64,000 nucleotides of DNA from positions 13,820-77,819 of the IMG/VR virus record IMGVR_UViG_3300010158_000051. One strand, written 5' to 3'. This DNA is from a virus. Of the stretch, positions 10,816 to 21,189 are shown piece after piece; the stretch's first letter is position 1, and each line of letters starts with the position of its first letter. Below the pieces are notes generated by a model. It was not told where the DNA came from. It saw only the letters and a program-made list of their open reading frames with translations, and searched no databases. The translations under genes were made by a program, and so were the position numbers.

Positions 10816-11230
10816 TAAGATTATCCAATCAGACAATGCAGTAATTGACTATACAACTATTTCAGTAATGATTGATACTTTAAATAATCAGCAAAAGTCT
10901 ATTGAAGATTTGCAAGCAGCAATTACACATTCACAAATCAATGTAGACCCTACAAGTGGATCAACAACTACTGTACAAGGAACTCAAAAGGTTGCTGCAG
11001 GAATTGTTCCAATAAAAGGGACAACGGTTGACGTTACATACTCGTTTAGCTCAAAGCCATCATCAGTTGTAGGCACAGTTCTTTCAAATACTAAGACTCA
11101 AAATGGATATGCTTACATTAGCAAGACCATTACAAATACGGGTGCAACATTTACTTATGTTGGTAAAACAGCCCCTACAGCCCAAACAACAGGCTTGTAC
11201 CTATACTGGATAGCAGTAGGTCTACAGTAG
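10805..11230 (+). CDS. Putative virion/fibre-tip protein (H-type lectin-like)
   Basis: 'VTYSFSSKPSSVV...YWIAVG' C-terminus. Confidence 0.45.
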   Translation: MASNKIIQSDNAVIDYTTISVMIDTLNNQQKSIEDLQAAITHSQINVDPTSGSTTTVQGTQKVAAGIVPIKGTTVDVTYSFSSKPSSVVGTVLSNTKTQNGYAYISKTITNTGATFTYVGKTAPTAQTTGLYLYWIAVGLQ

Positions 11231-11490
11231 TGTATTCTCCTATCAATGCTTGGACTAAGCGTGATAGGAAAATAAGTCGTGAAGGCTACATTTTAATTAA
11301 AGTACCTGAACATCCTAAAAACTTTAAAGGCTGGTATTATGAACACCGCCTTATGATTGAAAAACAATTAAATAGAATTATAGAAGATTGGGAAACTATC
11401 CATCATATCAATCAAGATAAAAAGGATAACAGATTAATCAATCTTTTTCTTTGTTCAAGAAAAGAACATAATAAAGCACACGCTGCTTGA
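11230..11490 (+). CDS. HNH endonuclease
   Basis: 'YEHRLM...IHHINQDKKDNRLINL...EHNKAH'. Confidence 0.85.
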   Translation: MYSPINAWTKRDRKISREGYILIKVPEHPKNFKGWYYEHRLMIEKQLNRIIEDWETIHHINQDKKDNRLINLFLCSRKEHNKAHAA

Positions 11491-11542
11491 CAGAAAACAA
11501 TAAGATACGCTACAATTAACTAAACCCTCAGAAAGGGATTAC

Positions 11543-12346
11543 ATGAGTAATGATTTAAAATGGATGCTTTCATCCGACCAGCAATTTCCATATCAGGATG
11601 ACAAGGCCATTGAACTATGGTTTAAGGTCATGAAATGGTTCAAACCAGATGTTGTAGATTATCTTGGAGATACAGACGATCAAGCATGCTATAGTAAATA
11701 TACAGAGGGCAGATCTGCAGAATTTATGCAGTTGCACAAAGATGATAGCAAAGATCTTATTGTCCCTATGATGAGACATGAAGCAAAAGGTGCAAGAGAT
11801 TTTTATGCTAAGACCAGAGATATGCTTCCAGATGCTCAATTATTTTCCGCATTAGGAAATCACGATGTTAGAGTTTTTGATTATATTGACAAAAAGCTTC
11901 CAGACTATGCTAAAGATGTTACTCCAGAATCTTTGTGGTCGCTAGATTCACTTGGCTATGAATATATTTATTATAACGAATTGCCTAAGCATCGCTTTGG
12001 TGATATTCACGTACATCATGGTCTTTCAATTGCTGACACAGGTGCAGCAAGAAAAGATATTGATGACCTTCAAATTTCTTTAATTAGAGGACACTCACAC
12101 AGAATTGCCTCACACTTTCAAACATACGAGCTCCCGCTAGCAACTGGTGGTAGAGCAATTCGTGGTTACGAGATTGGTCACATGTGTGATGAAAAAAGCT
12201 CTGGTATGAACTATACACAGAACCACAATTGGCAAAAAGGTTTTGCTATCGCACACATTGAGAATGGTGAACATCCTCATGTGCAGATAGTAGAAATTTC
12301 CCCTAACTACACTTGTTTTGTAGATGGGAAACTGTTCTCTTTGTAG
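11543..12346 (+). CDS. Calcineurin-like metallophosphoesterase
   Basis: SD-Q, GD..D, GNHD, HHG and GHSH motifs. Confidence 0.85.
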   Translation: MSNDLKWMLSSDQQFPYQDDKAIELWFKVMKWFKPDVVDYLGDTDDQACYSKYTEGRSAEFMQLHKDDSKDLIVPMMRHEAKGARDFYAKTRDMLPDAQLFSALGNHDVRVFDYIDKKLPDYAKDVTPESLWSLDSLGYEYIYYNELPKHRFGDIHVHHGLSIADTGAARKDIDDLQISLIRGHSHRIASHFQTYELPLATGGRAIRGYEIGHMCDEKSSGMNYTQNHNWQKGFAIAHIENGEHPHVQIVEISPNYTCFVDGKLFSL

Positions 12347-12441
12347 AGAGCAAATACGTAGATGGAAAAATTTTATATAAAAAGGTTTCAAATCCTGCTT
12401 GCAAAAGCAACATCTATACTAACAAATAAGGAGAAATAAAA

Positions 12442-12744
12442 ATGAAGATTAATCAAGCAATGATTGAATCTTATATCCGTAACTTGGTAGGTCAAATTAT
12501 TGGAGCGGCAACAATTGTTGCAGCATCAACACATGTGGCTATTTCAAGTTTCGGTGGACATGAGTGGTTGCTAGTAACAAACTCTCTATGGGCATCACTT
12601 GTTCCAGTAGCACTACGCTATGTTAACAAGAAGGATCCTGCATTTGGCATGGTTGCACAATTTGCAACATCTGCTGTAACCAAGAAGCTAGATGAGGCTG
12701 CGAAGCCTAAGAAGGCTCCTGCTAAGAAGTCAGCTTCTAAGTAG
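12442..12744 (+). CDS. Putative holin
   Basis: Two hydrophobic segments, 'LRYVNKKDPAFG' and a basic C-terminal tail. Confidence 0.55.
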   Translation: MKINQAMIESYIRNLVGQIIGAATIVAASTHVAISSFGGHEWLLVTNSLWASLVPVALRYVNKKDPAFGMVAQFATSAVTKKLDEAAKPKKAPAKKSASK

Positions 12745-12763
12745 TCTATAGAAAAACTAAATA

Positions 12764-12946
12764 ATGTATTGTAAAAGATGTAATGGCAGAGTTTTTGTAG
12801 ACAGGGTTTATTCTCAAAAAATCCGTGTTGAACTGTATTGCATTATGTGTGGGAACAGATGGATGATCAAGAGAGATTCAAGGTTCGGTATATGGCTGTC
12901 AAAAAGCGAGGAAAGGCTTCACAAAAGCTACGGTATTTCTACTTAA
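12764..12946 (+). CDS. Zinc-ribbon protein
   Basis: CxxC...CxxC. Confidence 0.65.
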   Translation: MYCKRCNGRVFVDRVYSQKIRVELYCIMCGNRWMIKRDSRFGIWLSKSEERLHKSYGIST

Positions 12947-13407
12947 ATACCAAGCTTTATAAAGTCTTAAGACAATCAAGAGCAGAAGATCTTATGGTCG
13001 CCTGGGATTACGAGATGGGTAAGCGTGTAGCGTTTGTATTAACTGACGTTAAAAACAATATGCAAAACGCTTACCCTCTTTCCAAAGTTTGTAAACTTAT
13101 CGGAAGACATGAAGACACGATCAAAAGACATTTATATGCGGGTAATATTAGAAAGCCACAACAGGTTTATTCTTTAAACGGAAAGAAAACTCCAGGTAAG
13201 TATTATTGGAGTGAAGATGATATTAGAGAAATGCATGAATTTTTTAAAACTGTACACAGAGGTAGACCAAGAAATGATGGCGAGATCCATCCAGGCAATA
13301 TGCCAAGTAGAGCAGAGGTGGAAGCAATGATGAGACAAGAAAATATTTTATATGTTAAAAATAACGATGGGACATTTAGTCCAGTTTGGAAGCAACCAGA
13401 ATGGTAG
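12892..13407 (+). CDS. HTH (MerR/excisionase-like) DNA-binding protein
   Basis: 'YPLSKVCKLIGRHEDTIKRHL...YYWSEDDI'. Start moved to 12892. Confidence 0.6.
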   Translation: MAVKKRGKASQKLRYFYLNTKLYKVLRQSRAEDLMVAWDYEMGKRVAFVLTDVKNNMQNAYPLSKVCKLIGRHEDTIKRHLYAGNIRKPQQVYSLNGKKTPGKYYWSEDDIREMHEFFKTVHRGRPRNDGEIHPGNMPSRAEVEAMMRQENILYVKNNDGTFSPVWKQPEW

Positions 13408-13643
13408 AGAATAATAAATTAAGTAAAGAGGCAAAGCAAACTCTTGATGCTGCCATTAGAGTTCTTGAATACGCTATGGAGATAGCTGGACAAAAAGAGG
13501 ATCTTGATGCTATGATAGCAATATCAGACCGCCTTATGATGCTTTACCAGCATTTGGCAGACAAAGGTCACAAGAAGTTTAAGCCAGGCTTTGCATTAAT
13601 GGAAAAGGAAGATATAAAAGATGACAACTCAGACGAACGTTAA
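13386..13643 (+). CDS. Hypothetical protein
   Basis: Tightly packed operon ORF. Confidence 0.55.
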   Translation: MEATRMVENNKLSKEAKQTLDAAIRVLEYAMEIAGQKEDLDAMIAISDRLMMLYQHLADKGHKKFKPGFALMEKEDIKDDNSDER

Positions 13644-13833
13644 GGTTGATTTACAATTTACTCGTAACCTAGGAAACTTTGAAAGTTTAAAAGTCGGGAT
13701 TGGAATTGAAGATTTTCAACGCAATGGTGAGACTATTGACGAAGCCACAAATAGAGTGTATACTTTTGTAGAGAAAAAGCTAATGGAAAAAGTTGGCGAG
13801 ATAGAGGAAGAGCTAAAGGCCAAGAAAAAATGA
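13621..13833 (+). CDS. Conserved phage hypothetical protein ('TRNLGNFESLKV')
   Basis: Operon packing and a common phage motif. Confidence 0.6.
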   Translation: MTTQTNVKVDLQFTRNLGNFESLKVGIGIEDFQRNGETIDEATNRVYTFVEKKLMEKVGEIEEELKAKKK

Positions 13834-14189
13834 CCAAAGATGAAGCAAAGTTAGCCTACGGTTTAGTTGGGTTTTATTGTGCTTTATACAAACAGGTCTA
13901 CGGTAAATCCCCAGTTGTAAATCGTTATCGTGAAAAATGGGCGATGCAAGATGTTATTGATAGTATTGGATATGACAGAGCAAAAGAATTACTTGAGTAT
14001 TATTTTAAATCAAGTCGTCCAGGTCATCCTATACAATGGTTTTTTTATAACTTTGAGAAGATAGATTTAACTCTTACTCAAATTGAGCAAGACAAAGTGC
14101 GTCGTGAACTAATAAGAGCCAAGACAAAGACTATGGTTGAAGAAAGAGACAATGAATACAGAGTCAGCAGTAATCACAGCGATATGTGA
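13830..14189 (+). CDS. Hypothetical protein (possible helicase-associated factor)
   Basis: Overlaps the helicase start. Confidence 0.5.
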   Translation: MTKDEAKLAYGLVGFYCALYKQVYGKSPVVNRYREKWAMQDVIDSIGYDRAKELLEYYFKSSRPGHPIQWFFYNFEKIDLTLTQIEQDKVRRELIRAKTKTMVEERDNEYRVSSNHSDM

Positions 14190-15378
14190 AAATAAAGATA
14201 TTTCAGTTGTTATGTCTGGAAATATTGATGAAGTCTTTACTTCACACAGAGATGTGTGGGAAGGTCTTAAGTCTTATTATTTAAAGTTTAAAGCTGTACC
14301 TGATGTTTCTGTGCTTACTGAAAGATTTAAAGATTTTGAGCCTACAAAAACTAAAGGTGAAACAGCATACTACCTAGATCAACTTAAGAATGAATATCTT
14401 GCTTCCCGTCTACGCAACTTACTTTTATCCTCTGGTGCAAGTTTAAAGACAGAAGCTTCAGGAAGAGTTGTTGCACAAATGCAAGCAGAACTTGCAACAC
14501 TTAGCAGACTAACTTCTAATGTTAGAGATGTTGACTTAACTGATTATAAAGAAGCAAAAAAACATTTTCAAGCAATTAAAGACCGCTCTGATGCAATGGG
14601 TGGTAGTCCAGGAATTATGACTGGCTTTAAAGCAATTGATTATGCATATCCTACAGGAATGGCTCCAGGACACCTTATCGTTATGATTGGTTGGCCAGGT
14701 AAGGGTAAGACTTGGTTCTCGTCTTATTTGGCCTGCAAAGCCTGGGAACAGGGCTTTAAACCCATGATTGTGTCACTTGAAATGACACCAGAGAATATGC
14801 GTGACCGTATCTATACTATGATGGGGTCGGGATTGTTTAAGGCTTCAGACTTTGCTAGAGGAGATATTAACATTGATCAATTTGATGATTGGGGTTCAAA
14901 GAAATTTGCTGATAAGAACCAATTTATCCTAGTATCAAATGAAGGTGTGGGAGAAGTAACTCCAAATGTTATTCAAGCAAAAATTGACCAGTATAAACCT
15001 GATATTGTTATTTTAGATTATCACCAGCTGTTTTCTGATAACCAGAATTCAAAGGGTCCTACAGAACGAAATATGAATATTTCTAAATCTTTCAAGAAGT
15101 TGGCAATGTCTAATAACATTCCAATTATTGATATTACTGCTGCAACTGCAGAAGAAGTAGCAGATCACGATTCACCGCCAATGCTAAGCCAAGTTGCTTG
15201 GTCAAAGGCAATTGAATATGATGCTGATATGGCTATGGCAATACACAAAAACCCTGATAGCAATATCATGGAGATTGTCAGTCGCAAGAACCGTCACGGA
15301 ACTGAATTCGGAATGTATCTGGATTGGGATCTTAATCGGGGAATTGTTAAAGAAGTCTACGATATTCCTATTGGATAA
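14152..15378 (+). CDS. dnaB: DnaB-like replicative helicase
   Basis: Walker A GWPGKGKT, SLEM, VILDY, 'IEYDAD' and 'KNRHG'. Confidence 0.92.
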   Translation: MNTESAVITAICENKDISVVMSGNIDEVFTSHRDVWEGLKSYYLKFKAVPDVSVLTERFKDFEPTKTKGETAYYLDQLKNEYLASRLRNLLLSSGASLKTEASGRVVAQMQAELATLSRLTSNVRDVDLTDYKEAKKHFQAIKDRSDAMGGSPGIMTGFKAIDYAYPTGMAPGHLIVMIGWPGKGKTWFSSYLACKAWEQGFKPMIVSLEMTPENMRDRIYTMMGSGLFKASDFARGDINIDQFDDWGSKKFADKNQFILVSNEGVGEVTPNVIQAKIDQYKPDIVILDYHQLFSDNQNSKGPTERNMNISKSFKKLAMSNNIPIIDITAATAEEVADHDSPPMLSQVAWSKAIEYDADMAMAIHKNPDSNIMEIVSRKNRHGTEFGMYLDWDLNRGIVKEVYDIPIG

Positions 15379-15428
15379 TATGTAATGTCTGGCTAACTTG
15401 GTATAATTATCAAGACAGTTAGGCAGCC

Positions 15429-15710
15429 ATGTACCCAAGAAAAATACATGACTTTTGGATTAGCGGAACCATCATGGATGATTCTAAACTCCAAAACTCT
15501 AGAGAGAATTACGAGAGGCTTTTAGTCCAGCAGATGCGGGACAAGGGCTATATACCCGTCCTTGACATACAGCCACAATTTAATATAAAATATAACGAGG
15601 AGAAGGATCACTATACCTTCAACCTAGTTATGTACGGGATTTATCTTGGGAAAGCCAAAGCACTGAAATACGAAGGTTTCTCGGGACAGAGTTTAATACC
15701 TAAAGGATAA
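15429..15710 (+). CDS. Hypothetical protein
   Basis: ORF between helicase and primase with its own promoter. Confidence 0.6.
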   Translation: MYPRKIHDFWISGTIMDDSKLQNSRENYERLLVQQMRDKGYIPVLDIQPQFNIKYNEEKDHYTFNLVMYGIYLGKAKALKYEGFSGQSLIPKG

Positions 15711-15713
15711 TAC

Positions 15714-16673
15714 ATGTTAGATGCATATACTAAAGCGGATCTCCGCTCTATTCTGCGTTCTTGCAATATAGAAATTGTTTCAGAAACAGGCACAGATTTT
15801 TTATGTCTATGTCCATTTCATCACAATGTAGACTCCCCAGCTTTTGCAGTAAGTTATTCAAAAGGCCTTTACATTTGCTACAATCAAAATTGTGATTCAT
15901 CTGGAACTGTATTAGACCTTGTAAAACTACTTACAAATAGAAATGACTTTGAAGCATTAAGATTTATTTCTCAAAACAAACAGACTGCAGAAGATGCATT
16001 TGAAGATGGGCTCAAAGACTTGCTTGATGAAAAACCAGAGTTTGTTCCGTTTCCAGAAGAGACATTAGAAAAATTGTACAAAGAACTTGCAGTAACACCA
16101 GAAGCTGTGAGCTATTTTGATTCACGTCAAATAGGTTTGTCTGCAATTGCACATTTTAAACTTGGCTACTCTTCTAATATGGGAATGGTAACTGTACCAT
16201 TGCATTCACCAGATGGGTTACCTGTAGGCATTATTGGCAGATCAATTACTGATAAAAAGTTTAAGAATAGTGTTAACTTACCACGTAATAAGACTATGTT
16301 TAATTTGCATCGTGCTAAGCGTGAGGGTGGAACTATTATTGTTGTTGAGTCTAGCTTTGATGCTATTCGTTTATGGCAGGCGGGATATCCAAATGCAGTA
16401 GCCACTCTAGGTGGAAGCATTTCAGAGATTAATATACAAAACTTAAACAAATACGCATCTACAATTATTTTAATGATAGATAATGATTCTGCTGGACGTG
16501 CACTTGGTAATACAATTGCTAATAAATTAAAGAGTAAAAATGTTTTGTGGGCTAAATATGACCACAACAATATCTATCCTCATTCTGCTAAAGATGTGGG
16601 AGATATGACAGATGAAGAAATAAAACAATGTATTAAGAATGCAATTCCGCATTTTGAGTACGCTGTTATGTGA
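15714..16673 (+). CDS. dnaG: DNA primase (CHC2 zinc finger plus TOPRIM)
   Basis: CPFH...C...C, VVESSFD and DNDSAG. Confidence 0.92.
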   Translation: MLDAYTKADLRSILRSCNIEIVSETGTDFLCLCPFHHNVDSPAFAVSYSKGLYICYNQNCDSSGTVLDLVKLLTNRNDFEALRFISQNKQTAEDAFEDGLKDLLDEKPEFVPFPEETLEKLYKELAVTPEAVSYFDSRQIGLSAIAHFKLGYSSNMGMVTVPLHSPDGLPVGIIGRSITDKKFKNSVNLPRNKTMFNLHRAKREGGTIIVVESSFDAIRLWQAGYPNAVATLGGSISEINIQNLNKYASTIILMIDNDSAGRALGNTIANKLKSKNVLWAKYDHNNIYPHSAKDVGDMTDEEIKQCIKNAIPHFEYAVM

Positions 16674-16724
16674 TATAATGGTAATAACAGGACACATTAC
16701 AGTCCACTACACAAGGAGAAATAA

Positions 16725-17402
16725 ATGGGAATAGTAACAGGGTTGAAGGCAATGAACCTTCAAATGGAACAAAAATCACATTCAGGTGATTCACAAAAAG
16801 GAAGATGGCTACAACTTAAAGATGGTCAATCACTAAAAATCAGATTCATGCAAGAAATTGATCCAGACTCACCAACATATGTTGAAAAAGCTGGTCTAGC
16901 ATTTATTGCAATTGAACACACAAATCCAGCAGACTACAAGCGTAAAGCACTTTGCACAATTGAAGACCAAGGTCGTTGTTACGGATGCGAAATGCATCGT
17001 CGTGATCCAAAGGCAGGTTGGAAAGGTCGTCAACGTTTCTACGCAAACGTTTTAGTTGATGACGGTACAGAAGAGCCATACGTTGCAATCTTTTCACAAG
17101 GCGTTGGTCCAAAATCAGCAACTCAAGAAGTTGTTTCTTATGCGGGAGAAACTGGAAGCATCACAAACCTTAACTGGAAACTAAAGCGTACAGGCGAGAA
17201 GACTGATACAAATTACTCAATCATTCCACTTCCTACTGCATCTGCAGAAGCAATTGATTTTGACAAGTATGAACTTCATGATCTTTCAAAGACAGCAGTT
17301 CGTGATGTTCAATATCCAGACCAGGAAAATTTCTATTTTGGAATTACTTCAGAATCATCAGATTCAAAAGCATCAACCACCTCATCAGCTGTTGAGTGGT
17401 AA
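16725..17402 (+). CDS. Single-stranded DNA-binding protein (gp32-like)
   Basis: Zinc-binding C..CxxC, 'KLKRTGEKTDTNY', acidic/Ser tail ending in W. Lies between primase and polymerase. Confidence 0.65.
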   Translation: MGIVTGLKAMNLQMEQKSHSGDSQKGRWLQLKDGQSLKIRFMQEIDPDSPTYVEKAGLAFIAIEHTNPADYKRKALCTIEDQGRCYGCEMHRRDPKAGWKGRQRFYANVLVDDGTEEPYVAIFSQGVGPKSATQEVVSYAGETGSITNLNWKLKRTGEKTDTNYSIIPLPTASAEAIDFDKYELHDLSKTAVRDVQYPDQENFYFGITSESSDSKASTTSSAVEW

Positions 17403-17426
17403 TAACTAACAAGTAGAAAGCTAAAC

Positions 17427-20400
17427 ATGTCTGACTTTGTTCACCTGCATGTCCATTCGCACTATTCGCTTATGGATGGTTTAAATACACCAAACGAGTT
17501 GCTCGTTGCTGCAAAAAATCAAGGTCAGGCATGTTTGGCTATTACTGATCATGGCTCTCTTGCATCTCACAGAGATATGCAAATTGCTGCAAAAGAACTT
17601 GGTATGAAACCGATTCTTGGGCTTGAAGCCTATCTTTCAGAAACAGATCGTTTTGACAAAAGAGCAGTAGCAAAAAGAGATGACAATACTTCTTTATATT
17701 CTCACATTATCCTATTGGCAAAGAATGATTTAGGTTTAAAAAATCTTCAAAAGCTTTCCCAGATTGCTTGGACAGAAGGTTACTACCATAAACCACGCAT
17801 TGACATGGAAGTTCTTTTTGAGTTTGGTGACGGTATAATTGTATTGTCTGGTTGCATGGGTGGAATTATTTCTAAAGCTATAGAGCGTGGGGATAATGAA
17901 AAAGCAAGAGAATATACTAAGATGCTAAAAGATCGTTTTGGTAAAGATTTTTATATTGAAGTTCAAGCACATAACCCAGATAGTTTAAATACTGCTTTAC
18001 TTGCATTGGCAGATGAGTTTAAAGTACAGCCAGTAGCAACGGGGGATTGTCATTTTGCAGTTAAAGAAGAACGGGATTTGGAAGAGCTTTTGCTTATTCT
18101 ATCTACCAAGCCAACACAAAACAAAGAAGCAGATTATACAAGTGGTCGTTTACGATCTAACATTATTGATAGGTTTGACCATCTTTATCCCAATCGCCCT
18201 ATTAGTTTCGCTGACATTAACGTTTTTATTCAATCCCGCATTGAGATTGAAGAAGACTTTATCAAAGCGGGCATTACACGCAAAGACATTTATGAATCAT
18301 CAGTAGAGATTGCTGATAAGATTGAAGCATATGATTTTCACGAAAATCTAGATTTGCTTCCAGTACCAAAAAAGAATGCACTAAAAACAGTAAAAGATTT
18401 ATGTGAAAAGTCTCTAGTAGAAATGGGTTTAGATAATGAGACATATAAAGAAAGACTTAAAGAAGAACTTCAAGTTATTTCCGATAAAAACTTTGCTAGC
18501 TATTTCCTTGTTGTTGGGGATATGGTTGGCTGGGCGAAAGAAAATGAAATCCTTGTTGGACCAGGAAGAGGATCTGCAGCAGGATCGTTAGTATGTTATT
18601 TAATGGGTATTACAGAAGTAGACCCAATTAAATATGATTTACTTTTCTTTAGATTTATTAACCCAGAGCGTAATGACTTTCCAGATATTGATACAGATTT
18701 TATGGATCGTCGTCGTGGTGAGGTTAAAGAATATCTAAGAAAAAAGTTTAAACATGTTGCTTCTATTTCTACATTTCAATATTTTAAAGATAAGGGCGTA
18801 ATTAAAGACGTTGCACGTACTTTTTTAGTTCCGCTTAAAGAGGTTGAAAGAACACTCAAGCATGTTGAAACTTTTGAAGAATATGAATCAAGCCCAAACA
18901 CAGAAGAATTTAGAAAGAAGTATCCTGAAGTAACAAAATATGCATCAATGTTGCGTGGAAAAATTCGTGGTAATGGAATGCATGCAGCGGGAGTTGTAGT
19001 TGCAAAAGATGATATTAGCAAGTACGTTCCAATTGAAACACGCAAAGACCCAAACGATTCAGTATCTGGGCGTATTCCAGTTGTTGCATATGACATGGAG
19101 CAAACAGCAGACTTAGGTTTGATTAAACTTGATGTGCTTGGACTTAAAACTTTATCAGTTATTGATGACACATTAAAAACTATTCAAAAGATTAGCAAGA
19201 AAAAGATTGACCTTAAATCTTTAACGCTTGACGATCCTAAAGTATTTGAGATGCTTTCAAATGGATTTACTAAGGGTGTTTTTCAAGCTGAAGCAACACC
19301 TTACACAAACCTTCTTATGAAGATGGGCGTTAGCACATTTGAAGACCTAGCAGCATCTAATGCTTTGGTTCGTCCAGGTGCAATGAATACTGTAGGTGGA
19401 TCTTATGTTCGTCGTAAAAAGGGTGATGAAATGATTACATATGCCCATCCAATTATGCATGAATTTACAGAACGTACATACGGTGTTATTATTTATCAGG
19501 AACAAGTCATGCAAGCTTGCGTTCACTTAGGCGGAATGACTTGGATGGAAGCTGATAAGGTTAGAAAAATTATTGGAAAGAAGAAAGATGCTAAAGAGTT
19601 TGATATATTTAAAGATCAGTTTATTGCGGGAGCAAGCAAACATATTACTCCAGAAGATGCCGCCAAACTTTGGCATGACTTTGAAGCTCATGCTGGTTAT
19701 TCTTTCAACCGTTCCCATGCTATTGCTTACTCTATGCTTAGTTATTATACTGCTTGGCTTAAGTGTTATTATCCGCTTGAGTTTATGTTTGCCATTCTTA
19801 AAAATGAAAAAGACAAAGATGCAAGAACAGACTACCTCCTTGAGGCTAAGCGATTGGGAATTAAGGTCTTATTACCCCATGTAAATGAATCAGAGTTGGA
19901 TTTTAGTATTCAAGGCAACTCAATTCGATTTGGTTTATCCAATATTAAATATATTTCAGATAACATTGGTAGTAAGATTACAACACTAAGGCCTTTTAAA
20001 ACATATGCAGAATTTATTGATAAAGCTAAAGAAAAGGGTAGCGGTATTAATTCAAGAGCATTAGAATCTTTAAATATGATTGGTGCTTCTGCTTTTCCAG
20101 ATAATCCACGTAAGGGTAACGAAAATGAAAACCTTTATGAGTATCTAGGAATTCCAAAGTTTGATACTGGAAAGCTAAGTCCAGCAATTAAAGCACAAGT
20201 CAACCCACTTCAAGAGTTTCTTGAGGAAGGATGCTTTGTTCTTTTAGCAATGGTTAAGTCTATTAAGAAAGGGACGGGATGGAGCCGTGTAGAGCTTGTA
20301 GATGATACAGGATCAGTAGGTATATTCCATAGCGAGAATACGCAGATTGAGACGGGCATGATGTACTTTTTCCTAGTCGGAGATAACCGTATTCATAAGT

Positions 20401-20702
20401 ATGTAACTATTGATGATGTTGTAAATAAAACAGATGATGCATTTGTACAATGGCTTTATAGAGACAAGTTAAAGATTGATTCTGGCAAAAGGTTAGTTCT
20501 TGATTTTACACACTATAAAACAAAAGCTAATAAGATGATGGCACATATTATCTTGTCTGATGCAGATAAAAATTTAGAGCGTGTTATTGCTTTTCCAAAG
20601 TTGTACACAAAAGCTCTTGGCAAAATGCAGGCGGGAAGTATTTGTGACCCTGCTATTGCTGAAATGGATGATGGAACGCTATACGTAAAGGAGGTAAATT
20701 AA
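17427..20702 (+). CDS. dnaE: DNA polymerase III alpha subunit
   Basis: PHP 'HLHVHSHYSLMDG', 'GPGRGSAAGS', 'PDIDTDF', 'KLDVLGL' and 'YSFNRSHA'. Confidence 0.97.
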   Translation: MSDFVHLHVHSHYSLMDGLNTPNELLVAAKNQGQACLAITDHGSLASHRDMQIAAKELGMKPILGLEAYLSETDRFDKRAVAKRDDNTSLYSHIILLAKNDLGLKNLQKLSQIAWTEGYYHKPRIDMEVLFEFGDGIIVLSGCMGGIISKAIERGDNEKAREYTKMLKDRFGKDFYIEVQAHNPDSLNTALLALADEFKVQPVATGDCHFAVKEERDLEELLLILSTKPTQNKEADYTSGRLRSNIIDRFDHLYPNRPISFADINVFIQSRIEIEEDFIKAGITRKDIYESSVEIADKIEAYDFHENLDLLPVPKKNALKTVKDLCEKSLVEMGLDNETYKERLKEELQVISDKNFASYFLVVGDMVGWAKENEILVGPGRGSAAGSLVCYLMGITEVDPIKYDLLFFRFINPERNDFPDIDTDFMDRRRGEVKEYLRKKFKHVASISTFQYFKDKGVIKDVARTFLVPLKEVERTLKHVETFEEYESSPNTEEFRKKYPEVTKYASMLRGKIRGNGMHAAGVVVAKDDISKYVPIETRKDPNDSVSGRIPVVAYDMEQTADLGLIKLDVLGLKTLSVIDDTLKTIQKISKKKIDLKSLTLDDPKVFEMLSNGFTKGVFQAEATPYTNLLMKMGVSTFEDLAASNALVRPGAMNTVGGSYVRRKKGDEMITYAHPIMHEFTERTYGVIIYQEQVMQACVHLGGMTWMEADKVRKIIGKKKDAKEFDIFKDQFIAGASKHITPEDAAKLWHDFEAHAGYSFNRSHAIAYSMLSYYTAWLKCYYPLEFMFAILKNEKDKDARTDYLLEAKRLGIKVLLPHVNESELDFSIQGNSIRFGLSNIKYISDNIGSKITTLRPFKTYAEFIDKAKEKGSGINSRALESLNMIGASAFPDNPRKGNENENLYEYLGIPKFDTGKLSPAIKAQVNPLQEFLEEGCFVLLAMVKSIKKGTGWSRVELVDDTGSVGIFHSENTQIETGMMYFFLVGDNRIHKYVTIDDVVNKTDDAFVQWLYRDKLKIDSGKRLVLDFTHYKTKANKMMAHIILSDADKNLERVIAFPKLYTKALGKMQAGSICDPAIAEMDDGTLYVKEVN

Positions 20703-20920
20703 TGACTGAAGAAACAAAGCAAGATATTAACAATATTAATATCTCTATTGAACAAATTATTGCAGCAATTCTTAACAAGGTTGGGAAAATGGAACTTACT
20801 TTGCAAGAATTATTAACTGATTATTCATCTAAGAGTATTGCGGTTAATCAAGATCCAGATACTCAAATGGTAACATTTGAAATGGCAGATGTGCCAGAAA
20901 CAGAAAACGAAGAAGTTTGA
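20702..20920 (+). CDS. Hypothetical protein
   Basis: GGAGG RBS and stop/start overlap. Confidence 0.65.
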   Translation: MTEETKQDINNINISIEQIIAAILNKVGKMELTLQELLTDYSSKSIAVNQDPDTQMVTFEMADVPETENEEV

Positions 20921-20934
20921 TATAATAGGTATAT

Positions 20935-21189
20935 ATGTCTAAAGCTTACATACTAAAAGGTACGCAAGAAGAATACCTTTTAGTTATTAGAACGGAAGAT
21001 GAAAAAGCAGTCTATAAAATAATAGACTTTTTAGCAACAAGTAAAAATGAACAGGTACAACAACTGGCTATCGAATTAGAGAAGAGTATGAATGATAACG
21101 GAAGAGATTCTAGCAAAGCTAGACCCGAAGACAAGAGCAAGAGTACAGCTAGCAACAAAAATAAGCGTAGAAAAACAAAAGACTCCTAG
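20935..21189 (+). CDS. Hypothetical protein
   Basis: Follows TGATATAAT. The 3' end overlaps recA. Confidence 0.5.
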   Translation: MSKAYILKGTQEEYLLVIRTEDEKAVYKIIDFLATSKNEQVQQLAIELEKSMNDNGRDSSKARPEDKSKSTASNKNKRRKTKDS

